From an uncultured Lachnospiraceae bacterium (lineage in GTDB: Bacteria; Bacillota; Clostridia; Lachnospirales; Lachnospiraceae), in assembly GCA_902783725.1 (NCBI GenBank), contig CACZRV010000037.1, forward strand, positions 1-56,476: a stretch of 56,476 bases of DNA. Direction: 5' to 3'. Below, one piece after another: positions 35,389 to 44,418 of the stretch. The first letter of the stretch is position 1. Each line of letters starts with the position of its first letter. The notes beneath the pieces are model-generated. The model was not told the origin of the DNA, made no database searches, and worked only from the letters and a program-made list of their open reading frames with translations. The translations under genes and the position numbers were made by a program.

Positions 35389-37802
35389 AAACCCGGGGTC
35401 CGGTGGGTATGTTGTTTCGTGTGTTTTTCAGTGACAAACGAAACATTTTTGTAATGATTGTTATCGGTTTGCTGGTTATGTCAGTCGGAACAATAGTTCT
35501 TTCAGCATCGGATTGCTATTTGACCGAAAAAGTTAATTCCGTGGACAGAAGGTTTGGAAAGAGTGTTCTGTCCGTGGAGTCGGATGATGCAGGGCGTCTT
35601 CTTGATGCTGCAAATGAGAATATGGTACAAGATTCGATTCTCTGCCGAGCTGAGTATTATGATGATGGCGTGAACCGTTATTTCGAAGAGTATTATGCCA
35701 CGGAAGATATTTTGGCGATGACTGCCCTTACATTGGTGAATGGACGTTTTCCGGAGGAAGAGAATGAAATTGCCGTAAGTGAATACTATCTCTTGGAAAA
35801 AGGCATAGCCGCGAGGGATATGATTGGCAGCCGCGTGAATCTCGTGCGCGAGGATAAAGAGTATATTGTAACGGGTGTTCTTCGGGATGAAGTAGCTTCC
35901 GGTGGAAGCAGCGTGTTGGAGTTTCGGGTAGTACATCCTCCGATTAAAGAGAACAATACGGTTTTTCTGGAGGTGAAGAATAAGAGAGAAATCGAATCCT
36001 TTTATGCTATTATGGATTCAAAGTATTCTGACTGTGTGTTGCGTGTTTCAATCGGGCAGGTGAGCATGCTTACGAACGAAGAAGGGGAGACAATTTTTGA
36101 AAAGATAGATCAGATTCGAATCGCCATGCTTTGTGTTGTGGTTGCTTATACAGCAGTTATTGTGCTGCTCTTTTCAAGACTGGCACACGAACGAAACAAA
36201 AAGAATATGGCAGTACTTCAGCTGATAGGGGTCGGAAGAAGACAAATACATGTCGTGTTTTTGTCGTTTCAGTTAGTCTTGTACACGGTAGGTTGCATTC
36301 CGGGAATTCTTTTAGGGGAGATCGTGGGGTCCGTGTTTTGCCATTCCAGACTGGGGTGGAGTATAACGGAATACTGGGTAAAATGTCCGTTTGGGCTATT
36401 GTTGCTTTGCTATGGAATGTGTGTAGCAGCGATTGTTCTTCTCCAGTTGCCGGCTATCGTCAGTGAAGGACGGAAGTCCGGAGCGGAAGTGTTCCGCAGA
36501 GAAGTTGGGGCGAGGAAGAAAACAGGATCCCTGTTTCAGAAAACCAATAAAGGCTACCGAAGCATAATGGTCATAAAGAATCTTTCGGAGCATCGCGGAC
36601 TTAGTTTTTTTATGTTGGCGGGTTTCGTTTTGTCAGGGGGAGTACTGGTAGTAGCGGGCTATTTTGCGCATGTTTACGCACAGCAGAAGATAACAAGAGG
36701 AAACGCACCGGATTATGCTGTTTACGAGACGCTGGATCAGGGAGATGAGACCGGCTTTGAAAACGCGATGACAGAACAGTTACTCGGAGAGTTGTCAGAT
36801 TCTGTACACAGGATGGATTACTATGTTACTACCTGTGACAGTAAAGTCCCGGAGGAATGCCTCGGAAAAGGGATGAAAGAATTGCTCTCACAGGACATGG
36901 AGCAGAAAAGACAATTAATGACGCAATCGAAAGTTGAATGTCGGGTATCGATCGTTGCTTATGACAATGAAACCATAGAGCAGGTGTCCCGGAAAGAGAA
37001 TACTCCTCCAATCGGTGACGGGGAAGCGTGGGTTTATCGATACAACTCGTCTGTCAGGAAATTTGCTGCAGAAAATAATTTCAAAAAAGGCGACACGCTT
37101 GACATCTGCTGGTGGGCTGCGGATAACAGCCGATCGGCAAAACTGAAAATACAGGGAGTGTTCGACACGCTTCCGGTCTTGTTAGATTCAGGTGAAGGTG
37201 ACATTCTGGTCGTTTTGTCCCGGAGCTATTTTGAAACACTGTTCCCTGATGTTGAGCGGAGAGCGGTATATTTGTATGCAGATGGGTTGACATCGGAAGA
37301 TGCGGAAATCCTCTTGCGGATGTATCAAATACCGGGCTTATTGATAGAACGACCGAAGGAAGATCTTCAAAATGCGAAGGAACAGGAGCGAACGATTCAA
37401 ATTGTGGTTGTTGCAGGATTTGTCTCGCTGATTTTGATGAGCTTTTTCTTAGTTGCAGGAAATGTTTTCGTCGGAGTTGTTGTCCGGGAGACCGAGTTCT
37501 GTACGTATATGGCTATCGGGGAAACCCCTTTGGGAATAACGCAAATCGCAATCGGCCACTGTGTGATCATATGCTGTGCGAGTGTTATTGTTTCATCGAT
37601 TCTTTCTTGGTTGACAACACGTTTTATGTTCTCACGTGCGTTTGGAAACAAATACCTGCCGTTTTATCAGTTTCCGGCGGGCTTGCTTTTCCTTTCTGTT
37701 TTTGCGATGCTGCTTGTTCTTCTGGGAATGGCGATCCCGGTGTGTGCGGAATACAGAAACAAACGGATCATGGAGGTGCTGAAGGCTTCGGGTCCTGTGT
37801 GA
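35385..37802 (+). CDS. Tandem (duplicated) FtsX/MacB-type permease with two large extracytoplasmic domains
   Basis: ATGA overlap with the ATPase gene. 805 aa arranged TM - ~230 aa loop - 3 TM - TM - ~250 aa loop - 3 TM, i.e. two MacB-like modules in one chain. Confidence 0.75.
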   Translation: MKTRGPVGMLFRVFFSDKRNIFVMIVIGLLVMSVGTIVLSASDCYLTEKVNSVDRRFGKSVLSVESDDAGRLLDAANENMVQDSILCRAEYYDDGVNRYFEEYYATEDILAMTALTLVNGRFPEEENEIAVSEYYLLEKGIAARDMIGSRVNLVREDKEYIVTGVLRDEVASGGSSVLEFRVVHPPIKENNTVFLEVKNKREIESFYAIMDSKYSDCVLRVSIGQVSMLTNEEGETIFEKIDQIRIAMLCVVVAYTAVIVLLFSRLAHERNKKNMAVLQLIGVGRRQIHVVFLSFQLVLYTVGCIPGILLGEIVGSVFCHSRLGWSITEYWVKCPFGLLLLCYGMCVAAIVLLQLPAIVSEGRKSGAEVFRREVGARKKTGSLFQKTNKGYRSIMVIKNLSEHRGLSFFMLAGFVLSGGVLVVAGYFAHVYAQQKITRGNAPDYAVYETLDQGDETGFENAMTEQLLGELSDSVHRMDYYVTTCDSKVPEECLGKGMKELLSQDMEQKRQLMTQSKVECRVSIVAYDNETIEQVSRKENTPPIGDGEAWVYRYNSSVRKFAAENNFKKGDTLDICWWAADNSRSAKLKIQGVFDTLPVLLDSGEGDILVVLSRSYFETLFPDVERRAVYLYADGLTSEDAEILLRMYQIPGLLIERPKEDLQNAKEQERTIQIVVVAGFVSLILMSFFLVAGNVFVGVVVRETEFCTYMAIGETPLGITQIAIGHCVIICCASVIVSSILSWLTTRFMFSRAFGNKYLPFYQFPAGLLFLSVFAMLLVLLGMAIPVCAEYRNKRIMEVLKASGPV

Positions 37803-37821
37803 CAAGCGAATAATACATTTG

Positions 37822-37852
37822 ATGCGGGCTTGTAAAGAGCCCGCATTTGTGT
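37822..37852 (+). terminator. Intrinsic terminator at the right edge of the low-GC island
   Basis: ATGCGGGCT-tgtaaag-AGCCCGCAT followed by TTGTGT. Confidence 0.65.
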
Positions 37853-37892
37853 CATAATGAAAGGACAATATCGAGAGAGGAGATATTGTGCC

Positions 37893-38558
37893 ATGATCTA
37901 TCTGGTGGAAGACGATGACAATATCCGCGAGCTCGTGGTGTACACCCTGGCGCAGTCGGGGTTGAAGGCCGAGGGCTTTGCGTTGCCGCATGAATTTTAT
38001 GAGGCGTGTGCGAAGGAACCGCCGAGGCTGGTGCTCCTTGACATCATGCTGCCGGAGGAGGACGGGCTTTCCATCCTTCGGAAGCTTCGGGCGGACCCGG
38101 CGACGAAGAAACTGCCGGTGATGATGCTGACCGCGAAGGGAAGCGAGTACGACAAGGTCGTCGGGCTGGACCAGGGTGCGGACGACTATCTGCCGAAGCC
38201 TTTCGGAATGATGGAGCTGCTGGCGCGGGTGAAGGCTCTGCTGCGGCGCTCGGAGGGCGCGCAGGAAAGCACGGAGTACCGCGTCGGACCGCTGTATGTA
38301 TGTCCGGAGCGGCACCAGGTGAGCGTCGGAGGGGATGCGGTTTCGCTTACGAAGAAAGAGTTTGATATCCTGTTGATGCTTTTGCAAAATCGCGGGATCG
38401 TGCTCAGCAGGGACAAGCTTCTCAGTACCATATGGGGATATGACTTTGACGGTGAGAACCGGACGGTGGATGTGCATATCCGGACGCTTCGCGCAAAGCT
38501 CGGCGAGGCGGGAGCGCAGATTGAGACGGTGCGCGGTATCGGGTATCGTATCCGATAG
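37893..38558 (+). CDS. OmpR/PhoB-family response regulator
   Basis: 221 aa. Receiver motifs (DD…LLDIMLP…T/A-K) and winged-helix C-terminus …VDVHIRTLRAKL…ETVRGIGYR. Confidence 0.9.
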   Translation: MIYLVEDDDNIRELVVYTLAQSGLKAEGFALPHEFYEACAKEPPRLVLLDIMLPEEDGLSILRKLRADPATKKLPVMMLTAKGSEYDKVVGLDQGADDYLPKPFGMMELLARVKALLRRSEGAQESTEYRVGPLYVCPERHQVSVGGDAVSLTKKEFDILLMLLQNRGIVLSRDKLLSTIWGYDFDGENRTVDVHIRTLRAKLGEAGAQIETVRGIGYRIR

Positions 38559-38606
38559 AGGAAGAGCGGGCGGACGGCGGAGCCGGTCCGCAAAAGGGGT
38601 GAACAT

Positions 38607-40025
38607 ATGAAGGTTAAGGTATTGCAAAATGTTTATATCGTGGCGGTGGCGATCTTTGTGATCACCATGCTTGTCACGCTGCTTATCGAGTACCGGTACG
38701 TCAGTACGGAACAGCAGAAGGAGTTCCGCGAGCAGGCGCAGTACATGAGCGAGCTGATCGAAAAATCAGGCACAAATGTGCTGCAGCAGACGACGTCGAC
38801 GCAGTCGATCCGGCTTCGTGTGACCGTTATCGACAAGGACGGTTCGGTCGCTTACGACAGCCAGGAGATCGCGGCCTCTCTGGAGAACCATGCGGAGCGC
38901 GAGGAAGTGAAGGATGCGTTCGCCAAGGGAACCGGCGAGAGCAAGCGCTATTCCGAGACTCTCCGCCGGCAGACCTTCAACTATGCCGTTCGCATGGCGG
39001 ACGGACGCGTGCTGCGCGTGTCGCAGGAATGTTTTACCATGGGACAGCTGGCGATCCGGTTGATCTATCCGATGTCCATCATGCTCGTTTTGGTGCTTGT
39101 ATTTTCCGCGTTGATCGCGGTTCGGATCGGCCGCAAGGTGACCGAGCCCATCGATGCCATCGACCCGGCGTGCCCCGAGACGAAGGACGCATACCCCGAG
39201 CTGCAGCCGCTGGTGCGCCGCATTCAGGCGCAGAACCGCCAGCTTTACGAGCAGATGAATGAGCTCAAGGAGGAGCACAAGAAGCAGGATACCATGCGCC
39301 GCGAGTTCACGGCAAATGTGTCCCACGAACTCAAGACGCCCCTTACGTCCATCTCCGGTTACGCCGAGATCCTCGGCGCGGGCATGGTCGAGGAGAAGGA
39401 CGTCACGCGCTTTGCGAACAAGATTCACGACGAGGCGCAGCGCCTGATCACCCTCGTCGGCGACATTATCAAGCTCTCGCAGCTCGATGATAAGGACGAG
39501 ACGATCTTAGCAAGCGAGCCGGTGGATCTGTACCGCGTCTCGGAGGAGATGATGTCCGTTCTCTCCGATGCGGCGTCCGCCAAGCACGTGAGCGTGTTCC
39601 TCTCGGGAACCCACGAGGTGGTTCCGGGCTCGCCGCAGATCATCGGCGAGATGGTTTACAATCTGATCGACAACGCCATCAAATACAACAACGAGAACGG
39701 GCGCGTTCAGGTCACGGTCGAGGACGACGGCGACGGCGCGATCCTGATCGTGCACGACAACGGCATCGGCATTCCCAGAGCGGAGCTTCCGCGGGTGTTT
39801 GAGCGCTTCTACCGCGTGGACAAGAGCCACTCGAAGGAGATCGGCGGCACGGGCTTAGGGCTCTCCATCGTCAAGCACGGAGCGGCCTTCCACGGCGCGA
39901 CGGTGCAGCTTGACAGCGAGCTCGGCATGGGCACGAAGATCACAATCCGCTTCCCAAAGAAGGCGGCGGACGAGGCGGCAGCGGTTCCCGGTAAGCCCGC
40001 GGAAAATGAGGCGGCAGCGGAGTAA
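38607..40025 (+). CDS. Sensor histidine kinase (two TM with extracytoplasmic domain, PhoR-like layout)
   Basis: H-box FTANVSHELKTPLTSI, N-box LIDNAIKY, G-boxes DNGIGI and GGTGLGLSIV. Confidence 0.9.
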   Translation: MKVKVLQNVYIVAVAIFVITMLVTLLIEYRYVSTEQQKEFREQAQYMSELIEKSGTNVLQQTTSTQSIRLRVTVIDKDGSVAYDSQEIAASLENHAEREEVKDAFAKGTGESKRYSETLRRQTFNYAVRMADGRVLRVSQECFTMGQLAIRLIYPMSIMLVLVLVFSALIAVRIGRKVTEPIDAIDPACPETKDAYPELQPLVRRIQAQNRQLYEQMNELKEEHKKQDTMRREFTANVSHELKTPLTSISGYAEILGAGMVEEKDVTRFANKIHDEAQRLITLVGDIIKLSQLDDKDETILASEPVDLYRVSEEMMSVLSDAASAKHVSVFLSGTHEVVPGSPQIIGEMVYNLIDNAIKYNNENGRVQVTVEDDGDGAILIVHDNGIGIPRAELPRVFERFYRVDKSHSKEIGGTGLGLSIVKHGAAFHGATVQLDSELGMGTKITIRFPKKAADEAAAVPGKPAENEAAAE

Positions 40026-40040
40026 CGCCTGGGAGGAACG

Positions 40041-40712
40041 ATGGCTACGATCTTTATCATTGACGACGATGTGACAATCAACGAAATGCTCCGTACGGCA
40101 CTGACCAAGCGGGGCTTTTCCGTTGTACAGGCATTTTCGGGGACGGAGGCATTGCTTGCATTTTCCAAAGCACAGCCCGACCTGGTGCTTCTGGATCTGG
40201 GCCTGCCCGGCCTGAGCGGTGAGGACGTATTGCCGAAGCTCGGTACCGTGCCGGTGATCGTCTTAAGCGCCCGCGCCTCCGCGGAGGACAAGGTGGCGCT
40301 TCTTTTAGGCGGCGCGGTGGACTATGTCACGAAGCCCTTCGACCTTCACGAGCTGTTGGCGCGCATCACGGTGCAGCTGCGGGGGAAGGGCGCGGTCGCC
40401 GATACGGAATCCTACAGCTTCGGGGACATCGCCCTGCACGCGGACACCCGAAAGCTTGTGGCGGAGGGGCGGAGCGCACAGCTGACCCGCACGGAGGCAG
40501 CGATCTTACGGCTTCTCATGCAGCGTCCCGGCCAGGTGGTCGCGAAGCTGACAATCCTCGACTGCATCAGCCACGACACCCCGGACTGCACGGAGGATTC
40601 CCTCAAGATACACATTCACCATCTCCGCCGGAAACTGCAGTCCGTGACGGACACCGCGGTCATCGAGGCCGTGTGGGGAATCGGGTACATTTTGAAAACC
40701 GTGAAATCTTAA
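40041..40712 (+). CDS. OmpR-family response regulator
   Basis: 223 aa. Receiver domain plus a winged-helix output ending …VWGIGYIL. Confidence 0.9.
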   Translation: MATIFIIDDDVTINEMLRTALTKRGFSVVQAFSGTEALLAFSKAQPDLVLLDLGLPGLSGEDVLPKLGTVPVIVLSARASAEDKVALLLGGAVDYVTKPFDLHELLARITVQLRGKGAVADTESYSFGDIALHADTRKLVAEGRSAQLTRTEAAILRLLMQRPGQVVAKLTILDCISHDTPDCTEDSLKIHIHHLRRKLQSVTDTAVIEAVWGIGYILKTVKS

Positions 40713-40794
40713 CCGGAAAATAACGCCGGCGTTAACTGTTTTCTTAACCATTTTGCGATATGCTCCTTTCAAACAAACAAAGGGGGTTACCATT

Positions 40795-41709
40795 ATGGAG
40801 TTTGTGCTGACTACCGAAGGGCTGCGGAAGACATATAAGAATTTCAATGCCCTGAACGGTCTGTCCATGCATGTGCCCAAAGGGGCAATCTACGGCTTCG
40901 TCGGCAAAAACGGCGCCGGCAAGACAACCTTGATTCGCCTGGCGTGCGGCCTTCAGTTCCCGACGGACGGCGGGCTTACGCTGTACGGAGCGAAGCATAC
41001 GGACGTTGCGATTCACGAGGCCCGCAAGCGCATCGGTGCGGTGGTGGAGACGCCGTCGATCTTTCCGATGATGACGGCGGAGGATAATCTTAAGCACCAG
41101 TACCGGGTGCTGGGACTGCCGAATTACGACGGTATCAAAGAGCTTCTTGCGCTCGTCGGACTCGCGAACACCGGAAAAAAGAAGGCGGAGCAGTTTTCCC
41201 TGGGAATGCGGCAGCGCTTAGGCATCGCCATCGCTCTGTGCGGACATCCCGATTTCATGATCCTCGATGAGCCCATCAACGGGCTGGATCCGCAGGGTAT
41301 CGTGGATATCCGCGAGCTGATCCTCAAACTCAACCGCGAGCAGGGAATCACCATCCTGATCTCCAGCCACATTCTGGACGAGCTGTCCCGGATCGCCACC
41401 CACTACGGATTTATCGACCGGGGGCGCATCGTGCGGGAAATGAGCGCGGAGGAGCTGACGAACGCCTGCCGCAAATGCGTGAGCGTGCGCGTGACCGATG
41501 TGGATGCTCTGGTGCGTGAGCTGGAGCGCCGCGGTACGGACTACACCGTCACCGGCACGGACAGCGTGGACATCTACGCGCAGCCGAACATCACGGAGCT
41601 GGCGCTGGCGCTTTGGAAGGAAAAGTGCGAAATCCTGACCTGCAGGGAGCAGGACGAGAATCTGGAAGGCTTCTTCCTCTCGTTGGTGGGAGGTGAGAGC
41701 CATGCGTAA
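40795..41709 (+). CDS. ABC-2-type transporter ATP-binding protein
   Basis: Start MEFVL after AAGGGGG. Walker A GKNGAGKTT, signature FSLGMRQR, Walker B FMILDEPINGLD. Confidence 0.9.
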   Translation: MEFVLTTEGLRKTYKNFNALNGLSMHVPKGAIYGFVGKNGAGKTTLIRLACGLQFPTDGGLTLYGAKHTDVAIHEARKRIGAVVETPSIFPMMTAEDNLKHQYRVLGLPNYDGIKELLALVGLANTGKKKAEQFSLGMRQRLGIAIALCGHPDFMILDEPINGLDPQGIVDIRELILKLNREQGITILISSHILDELSRIATHYGFIDRGRIVREMSAEELTNACRKCVSVRVTDVDALVRELERRGTDYTVTGTDSVDIYAQPNITELALALWKEKCEILTCREQDENLEGFFLSLVGGESHA

Positions 41710-42439
41710 ACTGCTGCGAACCGATTTCACGAGACTGGTGAAAACCTTGTTGTTTTATCTGACGCTGGGCGGCGTTACGGCGATCTTTTATCTGTGCCTG
41801 TTCTTCAGTTCCGCGGGAGCGGGCGAATCCAGGGGCGTCGCCGTCTGCAACACGATGTGTTCCCTGGCGGTGCTTCTTGTTCCGCTCGTGGTCTGCGGAG
41901 CGTACATGTTGTTTGTTTCCAATGAGTTTTCGGGAGGTGCGATCCGCAACAAGCTGATCGTCGGACACCGGCGAACGGACGTGTATCTCGCCTGGAGTGT
42001 GGTCGGACTTGTGGACGGACTGATCGTAGCAGCGGTATCCGTAGGCTCCTCTGCGATCCTCATCCGGCTGTTTGCGGACACCACCGGTCTGTCGGCGAAA
42101 AAGGTAGCTGTCGCCGCAGGGATCGCTCTTTGCATGCTGATCTCCAAGATGTGCCAGAGCATCCTGCTCTCCGTGGTCTTACCGGGCGCCAAGGGCATGC
42201 TGGTCAACTATCTTTTGACCTATGCGCTTTTGATGTTCTTCGTGATCATGCAGGACACCGCGCCGGACAGCAAGATCGTTGATCTCCTTGCCCGCTGCTT
42301 CCCCGAGGGGCAGGTCACAAAGCTGAACATCTCGAAGATGCCGGACCGGCCCTGGCTGACGGTTTTGTGCGGCCTCGGATTTGCCGCACTCTGCGTGATC
42401 CTCGGAATACACGTGTTTAGGAAAAAAGATCTTTCGTAA
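41702..42439 (+). CDS. ABC-2 family permease
   Basis: Start overlaps the upstream stop by 8 nt. About six TM segments, no other motifs. Confidence 0.7.
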   Translation: MRKLLRTDFTRLVKTLLFYLTLGGVTAIFYLCLFFSSAGAGESRGVAVCNTMCSLAVLLVPLVVCGAYMLFVSNEFSGGAIRNKLIVGHRRTDVYLAWSVVGLVDGLIVAAVSVGSSAILIRLFADTTGLSAKKVAVAAGIALCMLISKMCQSILLSVVLPGAKGMLVNYLLTYALLMFFVIMQDTAPDSKIVDLLARCFPEGQVTKLNISKMPDRPWLTVLCGLGFAALCVILGIHVFRKKDLS

Positions 42440-42507
42440 GAGAACTGTGATCAAAACCGAAAGAGGCGTTGCGGCTGGCAGCGTCTCTTTTCGCGGAGGA
42501 AAATACC

Positions 42508-43416
42508 ATGTGGATTGCCGTGTCTGTCGCCCTGGCGCTTCTGTGCGCGGGGCTTACGGTGAAAATTGTATTGATGAAGCGGGCGATGAGGCAGATCGCA
42601 GCGGACTTCGGCGCGCGGATGCACGACGAGTCCGACACCTCGGTCGGTTCGCCGGACCGGGACAGGGATCTGTGCCTTCTTGTGGATGTTCTCAACCGTG
42701 AACTCCACACGATGCGCGCGACGGAGCGGACCTGCGGCAAGAGCATGGCGGAATTAAACCGCGCCGTGGCCAACCTCTCCCATGATCTGCGCACGCCGCT
42801 CACGGCGATCCGCGGATATCTGACGCTGCTTGCGGAGGCTGAGGACCCGGCGGAGCGCGAGCAGTACCGGAAGGTGCTTGCCGAGCGCACCGATGTTTTG
42901 CAGCAGCTGGCGGAGGAGCTTTTGCAATACTCGGTCATCGTCTCGGAAAATTCCTCCGGGGAGACGGAGAGCCTCTCTCTCAACACGATGCTTGCGGAGA
43001 GCATCGCGGGGGCCTATCCGATGCTCTCGGAGCGCGGGATCACGCCCGAGGTCTCCCTGCCGAAAGACCATGTGATGCGAAGAGCGAACAAAACGGAGCT
43101 CTCGCGGATGTTTTCAAACCTTTTGACAAATGCCGTCCGCTACAGCGACGGCGATCTCTCGGTCACGCTTGCGGAAAACGGCGATGTGACATTCGCAAAC
43201 ACCGCCTCCGGCCTGGATCCGGTCCTCGCCGGGCAGCTCTTTGAGCGCTTCTTCACAGTGCAGACCGGAACCCGCGGCGTGGGGCTTGGGCTTTCCATCG
43301 TCAGGACCTTAGCGGAGCGCATGGGCGGCAGTGCGGAAGCTGCGTATGCGGAAGGGAGACTGGCGGTCACGGTGCATTTTCCGAAGGAGAGCGATCCGGA
43401 AAATGCAAACATATGA
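42508..43416 (+). CDS. Small membrane-anchored sensor histidine kinase (no extracytoplasmic domain)
   Basis: Start MWIAVSV after GGAGGA. Single N-terminal TM. H-box LSHDLRTPLTAI, N-box LLTNAVRY, G-box GVGLGLSIV. Confidence 0.85.
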   Translation: MWIAVSVALALLCAGLTVKIVLMKRAMRQIAADFGARMHDESDTSVGSPDRDRDLCLLVDVLNRELHTMRATERTCGKSMAELNRAVANLSHDLRTPLTAIRGYLTLLAEAEDPAEREQYRKVLAERTDVLQQLAEELLQYSVIVSENSSGETESLSLNTMLAESIAGAYPMLSERGITPEVSLPKDHVMRRANKTELSRMFSNLLTNAVRYSDGDLSVTLAENGDVTFANTASGLDPVLAGQLFERFFTVQTGTRGVGLGLSIVRTLAERMGGSAEAAYAEGRLAVTVHFPKESDPENANI

Positions 43417-43532
43417 CATGATGTAGCATTTTACAAAGGATGTTGTTTCCTTTGTTTCTTGCCTGCGGGCGCAAAAACGGCGTGACTTTTGAGTGCGAAT
43501 CCCCTATACTGATGGTAACGGAGGTACGGAAT

Positions 43533-44411
43533 ATGGAAGAAATTCGCGGACAGATCCTGACCGGGGAGCGGGCGCTCTTCGGCAGTCAAGATACATTGAT
43601 CACGGACAGCGTGTTTGACAAGGGAGAGTCGCCCTTAAAGGAGAGCTCGGACATCGAGCTTTCGGGGTGTCTGTTCCGCTGGAAATATCCGCTGTGGTAT
43701 TGCAGCAACGTGCGGGCAACGGGCTGCACGTGGTTTGAAATGGCCCGGGCGGGCGTGTGGTACACCGACAACATCGAGGTGACGAACGCCGTGATCCAGG
43801 CGCCGAAAAACTTCCGAAGAAGCAATCACATCCGGCTTACGGACGTGGCGTTTACGAATGCCAAGGAGACGCTCTGGACGTGCAAAAACGTGGCGCTTAC
43901 GAACGTGTCCGTGGCCAACGGGGATTATTTTGCGATGAACTGTGAGGATCTCACGGTCGACGGGCTGACCCTGGACGGAAACTATTCCTTCGACGGGGCG
44001 AAGCGGGCGGTCATCCGCAATTCGCGGCTTCTTACGAAGGACGCGTTCTGGAACAGCGAGGACATCACCGTGTACGACTCGTTCATCTCGGGCGAGTATC
44101 TCGGCTGGAACTCGAAAAATCTGACGCTTGTGAACTGCACCATCGAGAGTCTGCAGGGCATGTGCTACATCGAAAATCTCGTGATGAAGAACTGCAAGCT
44201 CATCAACACGACCCTCGCGTTCGAGTACTCCTCGGTGGACGCGGAGATCTCCTCCGGCATCGAGAGCGTCTTTAACCCGGACTCGGGAACGATCCGCGCG
44301 GAGCGCATCGGGGAGCTGATCCTCGAGAAGGACGAGATCGACCCGGCGAAGACGAAGATTGTGTGCAGAGAGATCGCAAAACAATCCGATCTTCCGGAGT
44401 GGAAGAGGTAA
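43533..44411 (+). CDS. DUF3737 family protein (predicted right-handed beta-helix)
   Basis: Start MEEIRG after GGAGG. GERALF…ESPLKES…F.WKYPLWY…W…N, repeated every ~22 aa, matches the DUF3737 pattern. Confidence 0.7.
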   Translation: MEEIRGQILTGERALFGSQDTLITDSVFDKGESPLKESSDIELSGCLFRWKYPLWYCSNVRATGCTWFEMARAGVWYTDNIEVTNAVIQAPKNFRRSNHIRLTDVAFTNAKETLWTCKNVALTNVSVANGDYFAMNCEDLTVDGLTLDGNYSFDGAKRAVIRNSRLLTKDAFWNSEDITVYDSFISGEYLGWNSKNLTLVNCTIESLQGMCYIENLVMKNCKLINTTLAFEYSSVDAEISSGIESVFNPDSGTIRAERIGELILEKDEIDPAKTKIVCREIAKQSDLPEWKR

Positions 44412-44418
44412 GGGGTTT

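Noticed and set aside
32385-37830. Short shared word AATAATAC(N)ATTT near both edges of the low-GC island (about 32387 and 37809), as possible attachment-site repeats.
   Set aside because: An 8-mer in AT-rich DNA is easily coincidental, and there is no integrase or recombinase in or next to the island.
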